A DNA stretch of 16,986 nucleotides. Source: Amoeboradix gromovi X-113 (Eukaryota > Fungi > Sanchytriomycota). Positions 16,959-16,986 of this stretch are shown one piece after another. The position numbers and the translations under genes are program-made. A model generated the notes under the pieces. The model searched no databases. It saw only the letters and a list, made by a program, of their open reading frames with translations, and was not told the origin of the DNA. Location of the stretch: the NCBI GenBank assembly GCA_018985225.1, contig JADGIF010000150.1:1-16986 (forward strand), read 5' to 3'. Positions within the stretch are counted from its first letter, which is position 1; every line of letters starts with the position of its first letter.

Positions 16959-16986
16959 TTAGCGACCTCTACTTGGAGCGCAACTG

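Overview
AT-rich, extremely gene-dense eukaryotic DNA in the standard genetic code. It most resembles a genome-reduced, early-diverging fungus or relative; this is an inference from Kin28-type CDK7, fungal-style TAF4 and Med14, and a fungal-type 4-finger C2H2 factor. About 12 protein genes are packed with 1-170 bp spacers. In order: a partial orphan, CDK7/Kin28, ARMT1/DUF89, pirin, a 483-aa protein resembling only the N-terminal domain of SZT2, TAF4, an orphan with signal peptide and EDEL tail, an ankyrin-repeat protein, a TBC1D5-like Rab-GAP, a probable Med14, a C2H2 transcription factor and an I9-inhibitor-like protein. Four observations stand out. (1) A 19-nt GT-AG intron joins two frameshifted ORFs, and there are further 15-23 nt candidates. 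(2) The one large internal spacer (1557-2011) folds by eye into a box H/ACA-like RNA with a pseudoknot and a P6.1-like hairpin, so it is a candidate telomerase RNA. (3) SZT2 appears miniaturised or split. (4) Med14 homology starts upstream of the first in-frame ATG. All homology calls are motif recognition from memory; no searches or folding programs were run.
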